Source of the DNA: an uncultured delta proteobacterium
Lineage (GTDB): Bacteria > Desulfobacterota > Binatia > DP-6
Length of the DNA: 64,000 nucleotides
NCBI GenBank assembly: GCA_963815115.1
Contig: CAWFFN010000009.1
Location: 1,696,001 to 1,760,000 of the forward strand
Direction: 5' to 3'
How positions within the stretch are numbered: the first letter of the stretch is position 1; each line of letters begins with the position of its first letter. Positions 63,292 through 64,000 of the stretch are shown one piece after another. The notes beneath the pieces were generated by a model. That model was not told where the DNA came from. It saw only the letters and a program-made list of their open reading frames with translations, and made no database searches. The translations under genes and the position numbers were made by a program.

Positions 63292-64000
63292 ATGAACGCC
63301 ACGAGAACGCTCCCAGGGGCGGCGGGGGCCATCGGACATGCGAGCGTGGAACGCCGTCCGGTGGGCGTCTTCGCGGCCATGCTGGCCGTCGCCATAGCCG
63401 TCGCCGCGTCGTGGGGCTGGCAGGCGCAGGCATTCCACCGAGCGAGCCACTACCAGCGTTCCGTGGCCGGGCTGTACGCGCCGGTCAAGTTCCTGACCCT
63501 TCCCTTCCAGCAGGCCGTGCTCGCCGACGGGCACACCCTTCCGATCTACGGCAGCTCGGAGCTCTACTGCTGCGGCGACCCCTATCGCCCGACGCAGCTC
63601 TTCGCATCGCACCCGACGGGATTCGGCGTGTTCGCGCTCGGGCGGTACGGCATCGGCAACCTGCTCTTCGCCCAGACGTTCGGGGCACTCGGGCGCGTGC
63701 TCGAGCGCAAGAAGCTGGTGATCATCGACTCGCCTCCCTGGTTCTTCAACGCGGAGGATGTCGACCCGCGTGCCTACGCCCTCAACTTCTCGCCCGAGAT
63801 CGCCAAGACGTTCATCTTCGAGTCGACGATCTCCCTGCCCCTTCGCGGGGCCATCGCGAGGCGCATGCTCGACTTTCCCGAGACGCTCGCCGGCGAACCG
63901 GTGCTGGCCGCGGCCGCGCGCGCGCTCGCCGACCCGACGCCGCTCCACCTGGCGGCGTATCGCGCCCTCGTGCCGCTCGGCGGTCTGGAAGCCTGGATCG
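63292..64000 (+). CDS. dltD: DltD-like D-alanyl transfer protein, 3' end outside the window
   Basis: My translation gives an N-terminal TM helix, then LPIYGSSEL...PYRPTQLF...KKLVIIDSPPWF...NFS...IARRML, which matches the DltD pattern. It is absent from the ORF track because there is no stop in the window. Confidence 0.8.
   Translation, partial: MNATRTLPGAAGAIGHASVERRPVGVFAAMLAVAIAVAASWGWQAQAFHRASHYQRSVAGLYAPVKFLTLPFQQAVLADGHTLPIYGSSELYCCGDPYRPTQLFASHPTGFGVFALGRYGIGNLLFAQTFGALGRVLERKKLVIIDSPPWFFNAEDVDPRAYALNFSPEIAKTFIFESTISLPLRGAIARRMLDFPETLAGEPVLAAAARALADPTPLHLAAYRALVPLGGLEAWI

Overview
High-GC bacterial DNA (roughly 70% by eye). The gene content suggests a diderm soil-type deltaproteobacterium such as Candidatus Binatia; this is an inference from GAF-PtsP, DUF4911, tatB/tatC, Cys-rich secreted proteins and a thiolase/amidohydrolase/CoA-transferase cluster. 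The window holds about 50 mostly metabolic and envelope genes, and I saw no rRNA, tRNA or CRISPR array. The main finding is a probable unrecognised secreted selenoprotein at 20999-21826. Two hypothetical ORFs are joined in frame by one TGA, which is followed by a hairpin with the same offset, stem length and GCCCGGTYYGGGC core as the SECIS after the Sec codon of the formate dehydrogenase at 48998-49000. Other points: a nested-palindrome REPIN/MITE-like element in two related copies, a bacterial pepsin-type protease, a DltD homologue missed by the ORF track, a PntAB-PntB fusion, an SBP56-like lipoprotein lacking typical His pairs, several near-leaderless promoters, and a dense cluster of frameshifts at 30-34 kb that may be sequencing error.
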